Positions 19,955-29,973 of a DNA stretch of 64,000 nt are shown piece by piece; the stretch's first letter is position 1; every line of letters begins with the position of its first letter. The DNA is from a virus. The notes beneath the pieces are model-generated. The model had not been told where the DNA came from and ran no database searches. It saw only the letters and a program-made list of their open reading frames with translations. A program made the position numbers and the translations under genes. The stretch is from IMG/VR virus record IMGVR_UViG_3300020478_000004, positions 32,001 to 96,000 of that record; one strand, given 5' to 3'.

Positions 19955-20443
19955 ATGACAAAGAAATTAGAAGAACTCTTAAACTTACCCGAGTCAAAAG
20001 AAATTATTGACGAGGATAAAAAGAAAGCCAAAATAGAAGCTAAAGAGGAACAAAAAGAAACGTTCCGTGAAATAGCTGAATTTGATAAAATTACGGCCGC
20101 TTTACCACAAGTAAAAGGTTTAGGAGAACTAGGAGACAAAGAGCTTAACGAAGTAGCTGAAAAATCCATGCAGGCTTATGAAGATTTAATGGATTTAGGT
20201 ATGAACGTTGAATCACGCTATTCAGGGCGTGTTTTTGAAGTAGCTGGTCAAATGCTTAAAACCAATTTAGATGCTAAAAATGCCAAGCTAGATAAGAAGC
20301 TTAAAATGGTAGAATTACAGCTTAAAAAGGAAAAAATGGACAGAGAAGGGTCTGTCGAAGGCGATACTTTAGTGAACGGTGAAGGATATGTTATAACAGA
20401 CCGTAATAGCCTTATAGAAAAACTAAAGAAGATAGATAAATAA
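19955..20443 (+). CDS. Putative terminase small subunit
   Basis: Helical 162-aa protein near the terminase large subunit; late promoter at 19939-19945; function is inferred from context. Confidence 0.45.
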   Translation: MTKKLEELLNLPESKEIIDEDKKKAKIEAKEEQKETFREIAEFDKITAALPQVKGLGELGDKELNEVAEKSMQAYEDLMDLGMNVESRYSGRVFEVAGQMLKTNLDAKNAKLDKKLKMVELQLKKEKMDREGSVEGDTLVNGEGYVITDRNSLIEKLKKIDK

Positions 20444-20466
20444 CAATATAACGGGAAAACAAAGTC

Positions 20467-21054
20467 ATGAGTAAAACATTTGTTGAACATCTAAATGAAG
20501 CAAAAAAGAACTATTCTTTTAAAGTAGGAGTAGCAGGCGATTTGCCAGAAGGCTATGCTGATCACTTAGAAAGCGTATTGCAGAAATTTAAGGTTGAAAA
20601 TATGAGTGCAGGTAAACGTACTCCTATTACTGAAAGACCTTTAGATTTTCCACAGTTACAAAACACCCATGTTCACTACTATGACGTTGAACTAGGTTAC
20701 CCAACTACACCACAAGTACTTCAACAGTATATTGCACAATCCTGTGGCATTCATGAATCTCATGTTATTGTAAGAGATCCAAATGCACCACAAGAGCAAT
20801 ATCAAGAAGACGGAGTTATCGGTGAGCAGGAATATAACAAAGTTTATACTGCAAACTTAGGTACTGATTTAGAAAGTGCAGACACAGATGCACAAAAACA
20901 AGTTGGTGGTGAAAGAATAATGGGATTATTAAAAGAACTTGAAAAAGCTCGTGGTGAACGTGAGAATAAACAAGTTCCGGATGGTATATCCGATAAAGAT
21001 CAAAAACACGATATGGGCGAGCCTGGTAAAACTAGTCCTGTAGGGAGCAAATAA
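20467..21054 (+). CDS. Hypothetical late protein (probably virion/head)
   Basis: ATAAATA at 20436-20442; acidic ORF. Confidence 0.6.
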   Translation: MSKTFVEHLNEAKKNYSFKVGVAGDLPEGYADHLESVLQKFKVENMSAGKRTPITERPLDFPQLQNTHVHYYDVELGYPTTPQVLQQYIAQSCGIHESHVIVRDPNAPQEQYQEDGVIGEQEYNKVYTANLGTDLESADTDAQKQVGGERIMGLLKELEKARGERENKQVPDGISDKDQKHDMGEPGKTSPVGSK

Positions 21055-21644
21055 TGAAACTAGAAGACATTTATAAAAAGATCGATTCTCTTAACGAAGT
21101 TGCTTCAATGAACATCTCTATGAGCGGTGAAACTGCTGATGACGTTGGAAAACTTTTGAGATTGATGAAAGACGCAGGCCTAGAAAAAGCTGAGCCTGTT
21201 GGAGCAGATCTATTAAACCCTCCATCAATGAGAGGTGACATGGATAAATTTAAAGACATCATTGATAAAGGACAACCCGACACTATGGGACCTCCAAGTC
21301 CAATGGATAGTCCATGTGGTGCACCAGACGGTCCAGATGATGGTCCAGATGACGGTCCAGGTGATATGAAAATTATTAAACTTGACGGTCCAGATGGCCC
21401 AGAAAAAGATGATGATGACGAAAAAGAATCCGGCTATGCTAACGAACCAGACGAAAAGTATGGTACTACAGATTTAATGACTAAAGATTTAGCAGGTGGA
21501 TTAAATGGACCTAAAAAATCTTATCCTAAAGTAGCAGGCGGTGACAATCCAATGTCAATTCGTGCAGAATTAACTCGCTTAGAAAATTCTATTAAAGACG
21601 AACTAGCGGCTTCTTTAGCAGAAAAAATGAGTGGAGATAAGTAA
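21054..21644 (+). CDS. Acidic Pro/Asp-rich hypothetical protein (possible head core/scaffold component)
   Basis: GPDD repeats; TAATG coupling with both neighbours. Confidence 0.55.
   Translation: MKLEDIYKKIDSLNEVASMNISMSGETADDVGKLLRLMKDAGLEKAEPVGADLLNPPSMRGDMDKFKDIIDKGQPDTMGPPSPMDSPCGAPDGPDDGPDDGPGDMKIIKLDGPDGPEKDDDDEKESGYANEPDEKYGTTDLMTKDLAGGLNGPKKSYPKVAGGDNPMSIRAELTRLENSIKDELAASLAEKMSGDK
21327..21362 (+). repeat. Three 12-bp in-frame tandem repeats GAYGGTCCAGRT (DGPD)
   Basis: GACGGTCCAGAT GATGGTCCAGAT GACGGTCCAGGT. Confidence 0.8.
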
Positions 21645-21997
21645 TGGTTAGCGTAACGAGAGTAACAGGTTTAGGCGTAACAGCAGGAACACTTTACGGT
21701 CATAATGCAAAGGCAATGTTAGTTACTGTAAAAAATGCAGGTGCAACAGCAATTGACTTACGTGCAGAAGACGATGCAGTAGGTGAAGCGGCTGAAGTAG
21801 TACTAGGCGAAATTAGTCCTTTAATGTATTTGGTAACTAATTCAAACGCAGGTACAATTTCAGTTATTACTGACATTAGTGCTAACGCGGCAGACTTACA
21901 AGCGAAGATTAGAGCATTAGGAACAGCAGTAGGACCAAACGATATTGACGTATCAGGTACAACTGTAGCTGATGGTACTTCAGTAGTTGTATCATAA
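21644..21997 (+). CDS. Small hypothetical virion protein (possible capsid decoration)
   Basis: Ala/Val/Thr-rich 117 aa, followed by a terminator. Confidence 0.55.
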   Translation: MVSVTRVTGLGVTAGTLYGHNAKAMLVTVKNAGATAIDLRAEDDAVGEAAEVVLGEISPLMYLVTNSNAGTISVITDISANAADLQAKIRALGTAVGPNDIDVSGTTVADGTSVVVS

Positions 21998-22034
21998 ACA
22001 ATAATACAATATTTCCTCCCCATATTGTAAACTC

Positions 22035-22060
22035 AAATAGGACTTTCGGGTCCTATTTTT
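22035..22060 (+). terminator. Rho-independent terminator with UUCG loop
   Basis: AAATAGGACT-TTCG-GGTCCTATTTTT. Confidence 0.85.
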
Positions 22061-22076
22061 GCCAATAAATACTATC

Positions 22077-23669
22077 ATGAGCGTAAAAAGTCTAGATGGT
22101 GTTTTAACTAAAAAAGCCCACCAACGTGAAAAGTTTGGTGAGGCAGAGATAGAACATCTTAAAAAATGTATGGATGACGATACAGGGTATCTTCATTTTG
22201 CACGAAATTTCTTTTATATTCAACACCCTGTTGAAGGTAAGATGTTATTTAATCCCTTTAAATATCAAGAAGAACTTTTAAGTGCTTACCACCAACATAG
22301 ATTTAATGTTAATATGTTACCACGACAAAGTGGTAAAACAACTTGTGCTTCTGCATATCTTTTATGGTATGCTATGTTTCATCCTGATCAAACAATATTA
22401 ATTGCCGCACATAAATTTGCTGGTGCTCAAGAAATTATGCAACGTATTCGTTATGGATATGAATTATGTCCTGACTTTATTCGTGCAGGAGTTACAAACT
22501 ATAACAAAGGTTCGATGGAATTTGAAAATGGTAGTAGATTAATAAGTGCTACTACTACAGGAAATACTGGTAGAGGTATGTCTATATCTTTACTATATTG
22601 TGATGAGTTTGCATTTGTTAATCCTAGTATTGCAGATGAATTTTGGACTTCAATGTCACCTACACTAGCAACAGGTGGTCGTGCAATTATTACTTCAACA
22701 CCAAACTCAGATGAAGATACGTTTGCAATTATATGGAAAGAATCACAAAATAAATTTGACGAAAACGGAATTGAAAAAGACGTAGGCATTAATGGATTTC
22801 ATGGATATACTGCTGGATGGGACGAACATCCTGACCGAGATGATGAATGGATGAAAGCAGAAATAGGTCGTATTGGTGAAGAAAGATTTAGACGTGAATA
22901 TGGTTGTGAGTTTTTAGTTTACGATGAAACATTAATTAACGCAATTAAATTATCTACAATGGAGGGAGTAGATCCTATACTTAATATGGGGCAGACTCGT
23001 TGGTATGGAACTCCAACTGGAGATAAAACTTATGTAATTGCTTTAGATCCATCAATGGGTACAGGTGGAGATTTTTCAGCGATACAAGTTATTGAGTTAC
23101 CTACTTATAAACAAATAGGCGAGTGGAGACATAATACAACTCCAATTCCGACTCAAGTTAGAATTATGAAAGATATTTGCATTTATATTAGAGATAAATG
23201 TGGAACTCACGGGCAAAATATATATTGGAGTGTAGAAAATAATGCTGTAGGAGAAGCCGCACTTATTGTTATTAATGACTTTGGTGAAGAAAATATTCCA
23301 GGAATGTTTGTAAGCGAGCCTATTAAAAAAGGACATATACGTAAATTTCGTAGAGGGTTTAATACAACACATATGACTAAAGTTAGTGCTTGTGCTAAAC
23401 TAAAAACTATGATTGAAAATGATAGATTACAAATAAACAGCAAATTATTAATAACTGAGCTTAAAGGGTTTATTGCATCTGGATCTAGTTATAAAGCAAA
23501 ACCAGGAGAAACTGATGATTTAGTTATGGCGGCTATACTAACAATGCGTATAATTACTGTACTAAAAGCCTGGGATCCTAGAGTATATGATACATTTAAC
23601 CAAGCTGACGAAGAACCTGAAGATTACGTGCCGCCTATGCCGATCATGGTTACCACGTTTCCAAGATAA
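22077..23669 (+). CDS. Terminase large subunit (T4 gp17-like)
   Basis: PRQSGKTT Walker A, LLYCDEFAF Walker B, TSTPN, ALDPSMGTGGD and DDLVMA RNase-H motifs; ATG 22077 lies 5 nt after ATAAATA. Confidence 0.95.
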   Translation: MSVKSLDGVLTKKAHQREKFGEAEIEHLKKCMDDDTGYLHFARNFFYIQHPVEGKMLFNPFKYQEELLSAYHQHRFNVNMLPRQSGKTTCASAYLLWYAMFHPDQTILIAAHKFAGAQEIMQRIRYGYELCPDFIRAGVTNYNKGSMEFENGSRLISATTTGNTGRGMSISLLYCDEFAFVNPSIADEFWTSMSPTLATGGRAIITSTPNSDEDTFAIIWKESQNKFDENGIEKDVGINGFHGYTAGWDEHPDRDDEWMKAEIGRIGEERFRREYGCEFLVYDETLINAIKLSTMEGVDPILNMGQTRWYGTPTGDKTYVIALDPSMGTGGDFSAIQVIELPTYKQIGEWRHNTTPIPTQVRIMKDICIYIRDKCGTHGQNIYWSVENNAVGEAALIVINDFGEENIPGMFVSEPIKKGHIRKFRRGFNTTHMTKVSACAKLKTMIENDRLQINSKLLITELKGFIASGSSYKAKPGETDDLVMAAILTMRIITVLKAWDPRVYDTFNQADEEPEDYVPPMPIMVTTFPR

Positions 23670-23677
23670 ATAATAAC

Positions 23678-25597
23678 ATGAGCACAATGGATAAAATATC
23701 TGAGAATTTATTTGCTAAAATTAGGGGTCGTTTCCCATCAATTACATTGGGCGACGAAACAGGCGTAGTTACAGATGAGCCTAAATTAGCACGATATTTT
23801 GACTTTGATTTTAAAGATGGCGAAGAAACATTAGGAAAAGTAAGTATAACACTTAATGATGATGCTGGTGTAGTAGTAACATTTAATAATGATTTTGTTA
23901 CTAATGAAAACGAAGATGTTAAAAACAAATGGTACGACTTTTTAAAAGAGTTACGAGTATTTGCTAAGAAAAATATGTTAAATTTTGATACACGCGATAT
24001 TACAAAATCAAATCTCGATAAACGAGATTATGCCCACTTAACTAAAACTAGTTCCGGAGACAACACAATGAGAGAATCAACAATGTACGGAACGAGTAGA
24101 ACAAGCTATGAAGATGTTGGAACTGCTCGTTTAGTATTAAAACATAATCAGGCGGTTAATACAGAAATTCCTGGTTCAAGAACCCAACACGTTCATAGCA
24201 TTTATATTGAAAGCGACAATGGTGAAAGATTTATGTATCCATATAGGCACTTAAATGGTGCGAGAGCATTAGCACGTCATGTCTCCGAAGGTGGTAATCT
24301 CTATGATGATTTTGGTAAACACATTGTTGGGTTAAGTGAAGAATTAGCAAAGTTACGTCAATTTAAAACATACATGAATCGTTCAGCAGTAATGGCAGAA
24401 GGTTTAAAACAATATATTGATGTTGTTAACGAAAGACTAGAATCTGTTAAAAAAGAATGTTTAAAATTACAACGTGAAACATATTATAAAGAAGCGTTTA
24501 AAGATTATAAACAAGAAGTTTTAGAAGAAGTTCCAGAAGATGTTACTAATAGTTGGATTGATGAATTAACTGTTAGATCATTTAATGAAGAATTAAAAAG
24601 TGTATTTCCTTACATTTATAAACTTATTAACGACTCTAAGAAGGTTGAAGAGATTGATACAGTTGAAGGAATTAGTAAAGTAGTCGAAGATCACGGACCG
24701 AATGTTGATGAGTTCTTAACTAAAATTGCAAATAGTGATGATTGGTTTCAATTAATAGATCAAGGTCTAACAGGAAAACACGGTCCTGAGATTGAAAAAG
24801 CATTACAAGATATGTACGATGGTGTTGCCGCTGATCATGGATTCCATGGCAAAGACGACCATGAAGAAATTTTTAATCGAATGCAGATGGATATCGAAGA
24901 TGCATATGGCACTAAAGAAGAATTAGAACCACAAGCATTTGATCCAGTAGCAGAATACGAAAAAGTTGTTGACTATATTGTTGGTGAACAAGAAAATGCA
25001 TTAACAGATGGGTCAGACGAAGATAAAGCTCAAGCAATTGATAGACTTAATGAATTGATGGGACAACATTTTCCAGCAGGTGTTAATGGTACAAACGCAA
25101 TTGAAAGTTTAGCTGGAATAATTGATGATCCAAAATTACAAGAAATGTTCCGCAAAGTTGGACAAAAAGATTCCGACATTTGTGTAAGACCACTTGTAAT
25201 GAAATGGATTAAAGCACACGCACCAGACGTAACATCACAAATTAATACAGGTGATATGGACGGTGGAGCAGAAGTACCTGCAGAGGCGGCACCATTAGAT
25301 CATCCAAAAACTTATATGGATCCAGAGCTAGTCAAAAAAATTGTCAAACAAAAAGGCGCAGAACGAGATAAAGAAAAAGGCGACAACAAAAAACCATCGG
25401 AAAGATTAGAAGAGCTAATCAAAAGTTATTATGATTACACAACTAATAAATTTCCAAAAGGCGAAACAGCAGTATTAACGGCTGTTGAAAAAGAATTTGG
25501 TGAGAAAAGTCTACCATATGCAGAAAAAATGATTGAGAAACTATTTTACGGCCAAGATGCAGAAATGGAACGTATAAAAAGTTTAGCAGGCGTATAA
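23678..25597 (+). CDS. Large acidic hypothetical late protein (probably virion/head assembly)
   Basis: 639-aa ORF; ATAAATA at 23666-23672. Confidence 0.6.
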   Translation: MSTMDKISENLFAKIRGRFPSITLGDETGVVTDEPKLARYFDFDFKDGEETLGKVSITLNDDAGVVVTFNNDFVTNENEDVKNKWYDFLKELRVFAKKNMLNFDTRDITKSNLDKRDYAHLTKTSSGDNTMRESTMYGTSRTSYEDVGTARLVLKHNQAVNTEIPGSRTQHVHSIYIESDNGERFMYPYRHLNGARALARHVSEGGNLYDDFGKHIVGLSEELAKLRQFKTYMNRSAVMAEGLKQYIDVVNERLESVKKECLKLQRETYYKEAFKDYKQEVLEEVPEDVTNSWIDELTVRSFNEELKSVFPYIYKLINDSKKVEEIDTVEGISKVVEDHGPNVDEFLTKIANSDDWFQLIDQGLTGKHGPEIEKALQDMYDGVAADHGFHGKDDHEEIFNRMQMDIEDAYGTKEELEPQAFDPVAEYEKVVDYIVGEQENALTDGSDEDKAQAIDRLNELMGQHFPAGVNGTNAIESLAGIIDDPKLQEMFRKVGQKDSDICVRPLVMKWIKAHAPDVTSQINTGDMDGGAEVPAEAAPLDHPKTYMDPELVKKIVKQKGAERDKEKGDNKKPSERLEELIKSYYDYTTNKFPKGETAVLTAVEKEFGEKSLPYAEKMIEKLFYGQDAEMERIKSLAGV

Positions 25598-25621
25598 ATC
25601 ACTTTTTCGGCAACATAGAAC

Positions 25622-25650
25622 TTGACTTACTAAATAAAAGATAGTAGTAT
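25622..25650 (+). promoter_or_regulatory. Sigma70-like promoter TTGACT-N17-TAGTAT with an embedded late TAAATA (25631-25636)
   Basis: Upstream of the SSB gene. Confidence 0.6.
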
Positions 25651-25716
25651 ATACGATATGTGCTACTGCTTAAGGCACTAAAGCGATAGGCTTAAAAATA
25701 TAAGGAGGCTTAAATT

Positions 25717-26679
25717 ATGGCTACATTAGCAGAAATTCGTGCAAAACTTAAAGAACAAGAGAATCGCTCTTCTGGCGGTTCAGGCGGCGGCGACAACGCC
25801 ATTTACCCATTTTGGAATTTGAAAGAAGGAGAATCGGCAACGATTCGTTTCTTACCAGACGGAGATGAAAATAACACTTTCTTCTGGCAGGAACGTTTGA
25901 TGATCAAACTACCTTTTGCAGGTGTTAAGAATGAATCCGATTCTAGACCTGTACAAGTTCAAGTACCATGTATGGAAATGTATGGTGAAACTTGCCCTGT
26001 ATTAAGTGAAGTACGTGGTTGGTTCAAAGATAAAAATTTGGAAGACATGGGACGTAAATATTGGAAGAAACGTTCATATGTGTTTCAAGGCTTTGTAACT
26101 GATAACCCTCTTAAAGAGGACAATTCACCAGAAAACCCAATTCGTAGGTTTATCATTGGTCCGCAAATTTTTCAAATCATAAAGGGTGCATTAATGGATC
26201 CTGACATGAATGAATTACCAACAGACTATACCGCAGGTGTAGACTTTAGAATTTCTAAAACTTCTAAAGGTGGTTATGCAGACTATTCAACTTCAACATG
26301 GGCTCGTAAAGAGCGTCCTTTGAACGAAGACGAGTATAAGGCAATCGAAAATCATGGATTGTTTACTCTTAGCGACTACTTACCTAAGAAACCTAGTGAA
26401 GTAGAAGTTGAAGCTATCAAAGAGATGTTTGAAAAATCTGTTGATGGTGAAGCATACGATATGGACAAATTTGGAAATTATTTCCGTCCAGCGGGAATGT
26501 CAGCTCGTACAGGTGATCCTGTAAAGGCGACTACTCCAAGTCCAAAAGCAACTCCAACTCCAGAAGCAACTGTAACTGAGAGTGTTGCAACTGAAACAGC
26601 AGAAGCACCAAAAACTGACAACAATAAAGCGGAAGACATTTTAGCAATGATCCGCAATCGTCAGAACGACGCTAGTTAA
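25717..26679 (+). CDS. Single-stranded DNA-binding protein (T4 gp32-like)
   Basis: IRFLPD, CPV, YWKKRSY, KGGYADYSTS; precedes uvsX; AAGGAGG SD. Confidence 0.85.
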   Translation: MATLAEIRAKLKEQENRSSGGSGGGDNAIYPFWNLKEGESATIRFLPDGDENNTFFWQERLMIKLPFAGVKNESDSRPVQVQVPCMEMYGETCPVLSEVRGWFKDKNLEDMGRKYWKKRSYVFQGFVTDNPLKEDNSPENPIRRFIIGPQIFQIIKGALMDPDMNELPTDYTAGVDFRISKTSKGGYADYSTSTWARKERPLNEDEYKAIENHGLFTLSDYLPKKPSEVEVEAIKEMFEKSVDGEAYDMDKFGNYFRPAGMSARTGDPVKATTPSPKATPTPEATVTESVATETAEAPKTDNNKAEDILAMIRNRQNDAS

Positions 26680-26684
26680 AGTAT

Positions 26685-26708
26685 AAAGGGGGGCTTCGGT
26701 CCCCCTTT
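26685..26708 (+). terminator. Terminator-like hairpin with C(UUCG)G tetraloop
   Basis: AAAGGGGGGC-TTCG-GTCCCCCTTT after the SSB gene. Confidence 0.75.
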
Positions 26709-26730
26709 CAATTTGGATTAAGGAGATATA

Positions 26731-27783
26731 ATGACCAATAAAGTATTCGACGTTTCTAAGTTTCGTAAAAACTTAACTAAATCAATAACCGGTATGAGTC
26801 ATGGGTTTCATGATCCAACTGATTGGATCAGCACAGGAAACTTTGCACTCAATTATCTTATTAGTGGCGACTTCCATAAAGGCGTACCGCTAGGTAAGGT
26901 TACAGTTCTGGCCGGTGAATCAGGTTCAGGTAAATCATTTATAGCGGCAGGTAATTTAGTACGAGCCGCACAAGAACAAGGTATCTATGTTATTCTAATT
27001 GATTCAGAAAATGCATTAGATGAAACATGGTTACAGGCATTAAATGTAGACACCGACGATAAAAAATTACTCAAATTAGGTATGAGTATGGTTGATGATG
27101 TTGCAAAAACAGTATCAACTTTTATGACAGACTACAGAGAAATGCCAGAAGAAGAACGCCCAAAAATATTATTTGTTATTGATAGTTTAGGTATGTTATT
27201 AACACCTACTGATGTTGATCAATTTACAAAAGGTGATATGAAGGGTGATATGGGACGTAAACCAAAGGCATTAACAGCTCTTGTTAGAAATTGTGTTAAT
27301 ATGTTTGGTAGTCATAATGTAGGGCTTGTAGCAACTAATCACACGTATGCATCGCAAGATATGTTTGATCCAGACGATAAGATTAGTGGTGGACAAGGCT
27401 TTATATATGCAAGTTCAATAGTTATAGCAATGAAAAAGCTAAAACTAAAAGAGGACGAAGACGGTAAAAAGGTTACTGATGTACGTGGTATTAGAGCCGC
27501 TTGTAAGGTAATGAAAACACGTTACGCCAAGCCTTTTGAATCTGTACAAGTTAAAATTCCATATGAAACTGGAATGGATCCATACTCGGGGCTAGTTGAC
27601 TTATTTGAGAAGAAAGGCCTACTAAAACAACAAGGCAATCGACTTAAATACGTTGATTCTTCAAAACAGGAGCATCTGCATTATCGGAAAGACTGGGACG
27701 GTGAGAAGTTAGAGATAATTATGAATGACTTCAAGAACCTTAATGTAGACGAGGCAGTTGAAGATGAAAACACTGAGGAGTAA
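26731..27783 (+). CDS. uvsX: RecA-like recombinase
   Basis: GESGSGKS Walker A, IDSENA, VIDSLG, NHTY, SGGQG. Confidence 0.92.
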   Translation: MTNKVFDVSKFRKNLTKSITGMSHGFHDPTDWISTGNFALNYLISGDFHKGVPLGKVTVLAGESGSGKSFIAAGNLVRAAQEQGIYVILIDSENALDETWLQALNVDTDDKKLLKLGMSMVDDVAKTVSTFMTDYREMPEEERPKILFVIDSLGMLLTPTDVDQFTKGDMKGDMGRKPKALTALVRNCVNMFGSHNVGLVATNHTYASQDMFDPDDKISGGQGFIYASSIVIAMKKLKLKEDEDGKKVTDVRGIRAACKVMKTRYAKPFESVQVKIPYETGMDPYSGLVDLFEKKGLLKQQGNRLKYVDSSKQEHLHYRKDWDGEKLEIIMNDFKNLNVDEAVEDENTEE

Positions 27784-27790
27784 AAATCTT

Positions 27791-28027
27791 ATGGAAAGTG
27801 GTTCACAAATTAGTGAAATCTGGTCATGCTTTAAAGAATATGTTGATAAAAAACATATTGAAACAGTAGCAGAACGTTTTGTTGACTTATGTGCAGACTA
27901 TGGCACACCAGATGAAGCATTTAGAGATGCACTAGGCGTAGATAACGAACTAGACAAGGCAATAACATATTACTTAGATGAGGATTTTGATGACAACGAC
28001 GATTGGACTGAAGACGAGGACTTTTAA
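27791..28027 (+). CDS. Small acidic hypothetical protein
   Basis: GAGGAG SD before ATG 27791; lies between uvsX and uvsY. Confidence 0.6.
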   Translation: MESGSQISEIWSCFKEYVDKKHIETVAERFVDLCADYGTPDEAFRDALGVDNELDKAITYYLDEDFDDNDDWTEDEDF

Positions 28028-28482
28028 TGGGCTGGTATTCTGATATTGCCAAAGATGTTGGCAAGATACCTGCGGCAATTGGTTATTTTGAACATGAATT
28101 AGAAGAAGCAAAAGCTGAGGTAAGAATTAGAGGAAATGTAGAAAAATCTGCGGCGGAAATGCCGGGGATTGTTGAACATCGATTTAATCAACTTCAAGAA
28201 TTAGAAGCAATATTAGAATATTTAAACATTGAATTGCGTAGGCTAAGAAGTAGATATTTTAGAAAATATTTGGAAAATTATCAAAGAGCATTAAGTAGTC
28301 GTGACGTAGAAAAGTATGTTGACGGCGAAGCAGACGTAGTTGACTACGAAAAAATTATAAATGAGTTTGCATTAATGCGTAATAAATGGTTAGGAGTCAC
28401 AAAAGCACTCGACCAAAAACAATGGCAACTAACTAATATAGTAAAACTTCGTGTTGCAGGAATGGAAGATGCTAGACTGTAG
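28027..28482 (+). CDS. uvsY: Recombination mediator (UvsY-like)
   Basis: Helical 151 aa ending K.W.L.NIVKLRVAG; near uvsX. Confidence 0.7.
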   Translation: MGWYSDIAKDVGKIPAAIGYFEHELEEAKAEVRIRGNVEKSAAEMPGIVEHRFNQLQELEAILEYLNIELRRLRSRYFRKYLENYQRALSSRDVEKYVDGEADVVDYEKIINEFALMRNKWLGVTKALDQKQWQLTNIVKLRVAGMEDARL

Positions 28483-28494
28483 AGAGGAAAATGA

Positions 28495-29196
28495 ATGAAA
28501 CTAACAGATACACAATTAGGTAAACAAATACAAGATCAATATGGTGGTAATCACCGAGGTACTGATCATAAAGAGGAAAAGGCCGAATCTAATAGATTAC
28601 CTACACCTCAAGAATATGCAGAAATGTATAAAGAAAAATACGAAAGAACAGGACATCCTGCTTTGCCAGGATCTATTCAAAAAATAGAACGATATGATCG
28701 TATGCCTAAAGCTACATTTGTTAATAGAGTAATGGGCGACTTCCAAAAAATTAGTACTGAAGAAATTTTTCCAAATAAAAAAGTTGTATTGTTTGGTTTA
28801 CCAGGTGCATTTACACCAACGTGTTCAACTAAACAATTACCAGCATATGACGAAGCATATGATAGGTTTAAAGGTCTAGGTGTTGACGAAGTTTATTGTG
28901 TATCAATGAATGATGGCTTTGTTATGAATGCTTGGGGTGAACAACTTGGTATTAAAAATGTAAAATTACTTGCTGACGGCAATGGTGATTTTACACAATC
29001 CTTAGGAATGAGTGTTAATAAAAGACATCTCGGCTTTGGTCCACGTTCGTGGCGTTATTCAATTTATGTTATTAATAGCATTGTTGATAAAGCATTTATT
29101 GAACCGGGATTTAATCAAACAGGTGAAGACAATGATCCTTATGAATGTACTGATCCTGAAACAATAATCAATTATATCCAAACAACATTACGTTAA
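28495..29196 (+). CDS. Peroxiredoxin (Prx5/redoxin type) with N-terminal extension
   Basis: LPGAFTPTCS, NDGFVMNAW, DGNGDF, RSWRYS. Confidence 0.9.
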   Translation: MKLTDTQLGKQIQDQYGGNHRGTDHKEEKAESNRLPTPQEYAEMYKEKYERTGHPALPGSIQKIERYDRMPKATFVNRVMGDFQKISTEEIFPNKKVVLFGLPGAFTPTCSTKQLPAYDEAYDRFKGLGVDEVYCVSMNDGFVMNAWGEQLGIKNVKLLADGNGDFTQSLGMSVNKRHLGFGPRSWRYSIYVINSIVDKAFIEPGFNQTGEDNDPYECTDPETIINYIQTTLR

Positions 29197-29214
29197 TTAT
29201 TAAATACAGTTGTA

Positions 29215-29973
29215 ATGACAATTGTATTAGTAACCGGTGGATTCGATCCAATTCACTCTGGCCATATAGCATACTTCGAAGAAGCAAAAAAGCTCGGCGA
29301 TGAACTATGGGTTGGAATTAATTCTGACGCATGGCTAATGCGTAAAAAAGGTAGAGCGTTTATGCCTTTTAACGAACGTGCTACAATAGTAAAAAATCTT
29401 AAAATGGTAGATAGAGTTATTGACGTCCCAAATGACGACAAAGTTGATAATTCTGGAGGAGCTATTTTTAAATCATTTGCCGTCGGTGCTAAAAAAATTA
29501 TTTTTGCTAACGGAGGTGATAGAACTAAAGAAAATATTCCCGAAATGAAACATTGGGGTGATAATCCGAATGTAAAATTTGTATTTGGTGTAGGAGGTGA
29601 TAAACAAAATTCTAGTAGTTGGATATTAGAAGAATGGAAAAGTCCTAAAACAGTACGCAATTGGGGATGGTATAGAGTATTAGATGACAAGCCTGGTTAC
29701 AAAGTTAAAGAACTAGTAATAGAACCTGGCAAAAGTTTAAGTATGCAACGACATGAATATAGGTCCGAACATTGGTACGTATTAAAAGGCAAGTGTTTAA
29801 TTAGAACAGAATGGGAAGATAGAGTAGACGAACATAGTATTGATGAAAATAATACATATACAATTGGTAGAGCTGTATGGCATAGAGGAATTAATGAAAC
29901 ATCAAAACCGTGTCATATACTAGAAGTGCAGTACGGTGAAAAATGTATAGAGGAAGATATAGAACGTAAATGA
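29215..29973 (+). CDS. Cytidylyltransferase-like domain fused to a type II mannose-6-phosphate-isomerase cupin
   Basis: TGGFDPIHSGH, FANGGDR; RNWGWY, SLSMQRH..RSEHW, ILEVQYG. Confidence 0.85.
   Translation: MTIVLVTGGFDPIHSGHIAYFEEAKKLGDELWVGINSDAWLMRKKGRAFMPFNERATIVKNLKMVDRVIDVPNDDKVDNSGGAIFKSFAVGAKKIIFANGGDRTKENIPEMKHWGDNPNVKFVFGVGGDKQNSSSWILEEWKSPKTVRNWGWYRVLDDKPGYKVKELVIEPGKSLSMQRHEYRSEHWYVLKGKCLIRTEWEDRVDEHSIDENNTYTIGRAVWHRGINETSKPCHILEVQYGEKCIEEDIERK

Noticed and set aside
21327-21405. Short repeats as a possible CRISPR array or mobile repeat
   Set aside because: They are in-frame 9-12 bp coding repeats (DGPD) without unique spacers. I saw no CRISPR array anywhere in the window.
23678-25597. 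Portal protein call based on position after the terminase
   Set aside because: No recognisable T4 gp20 portal motifs, so it is left as hypothetical.
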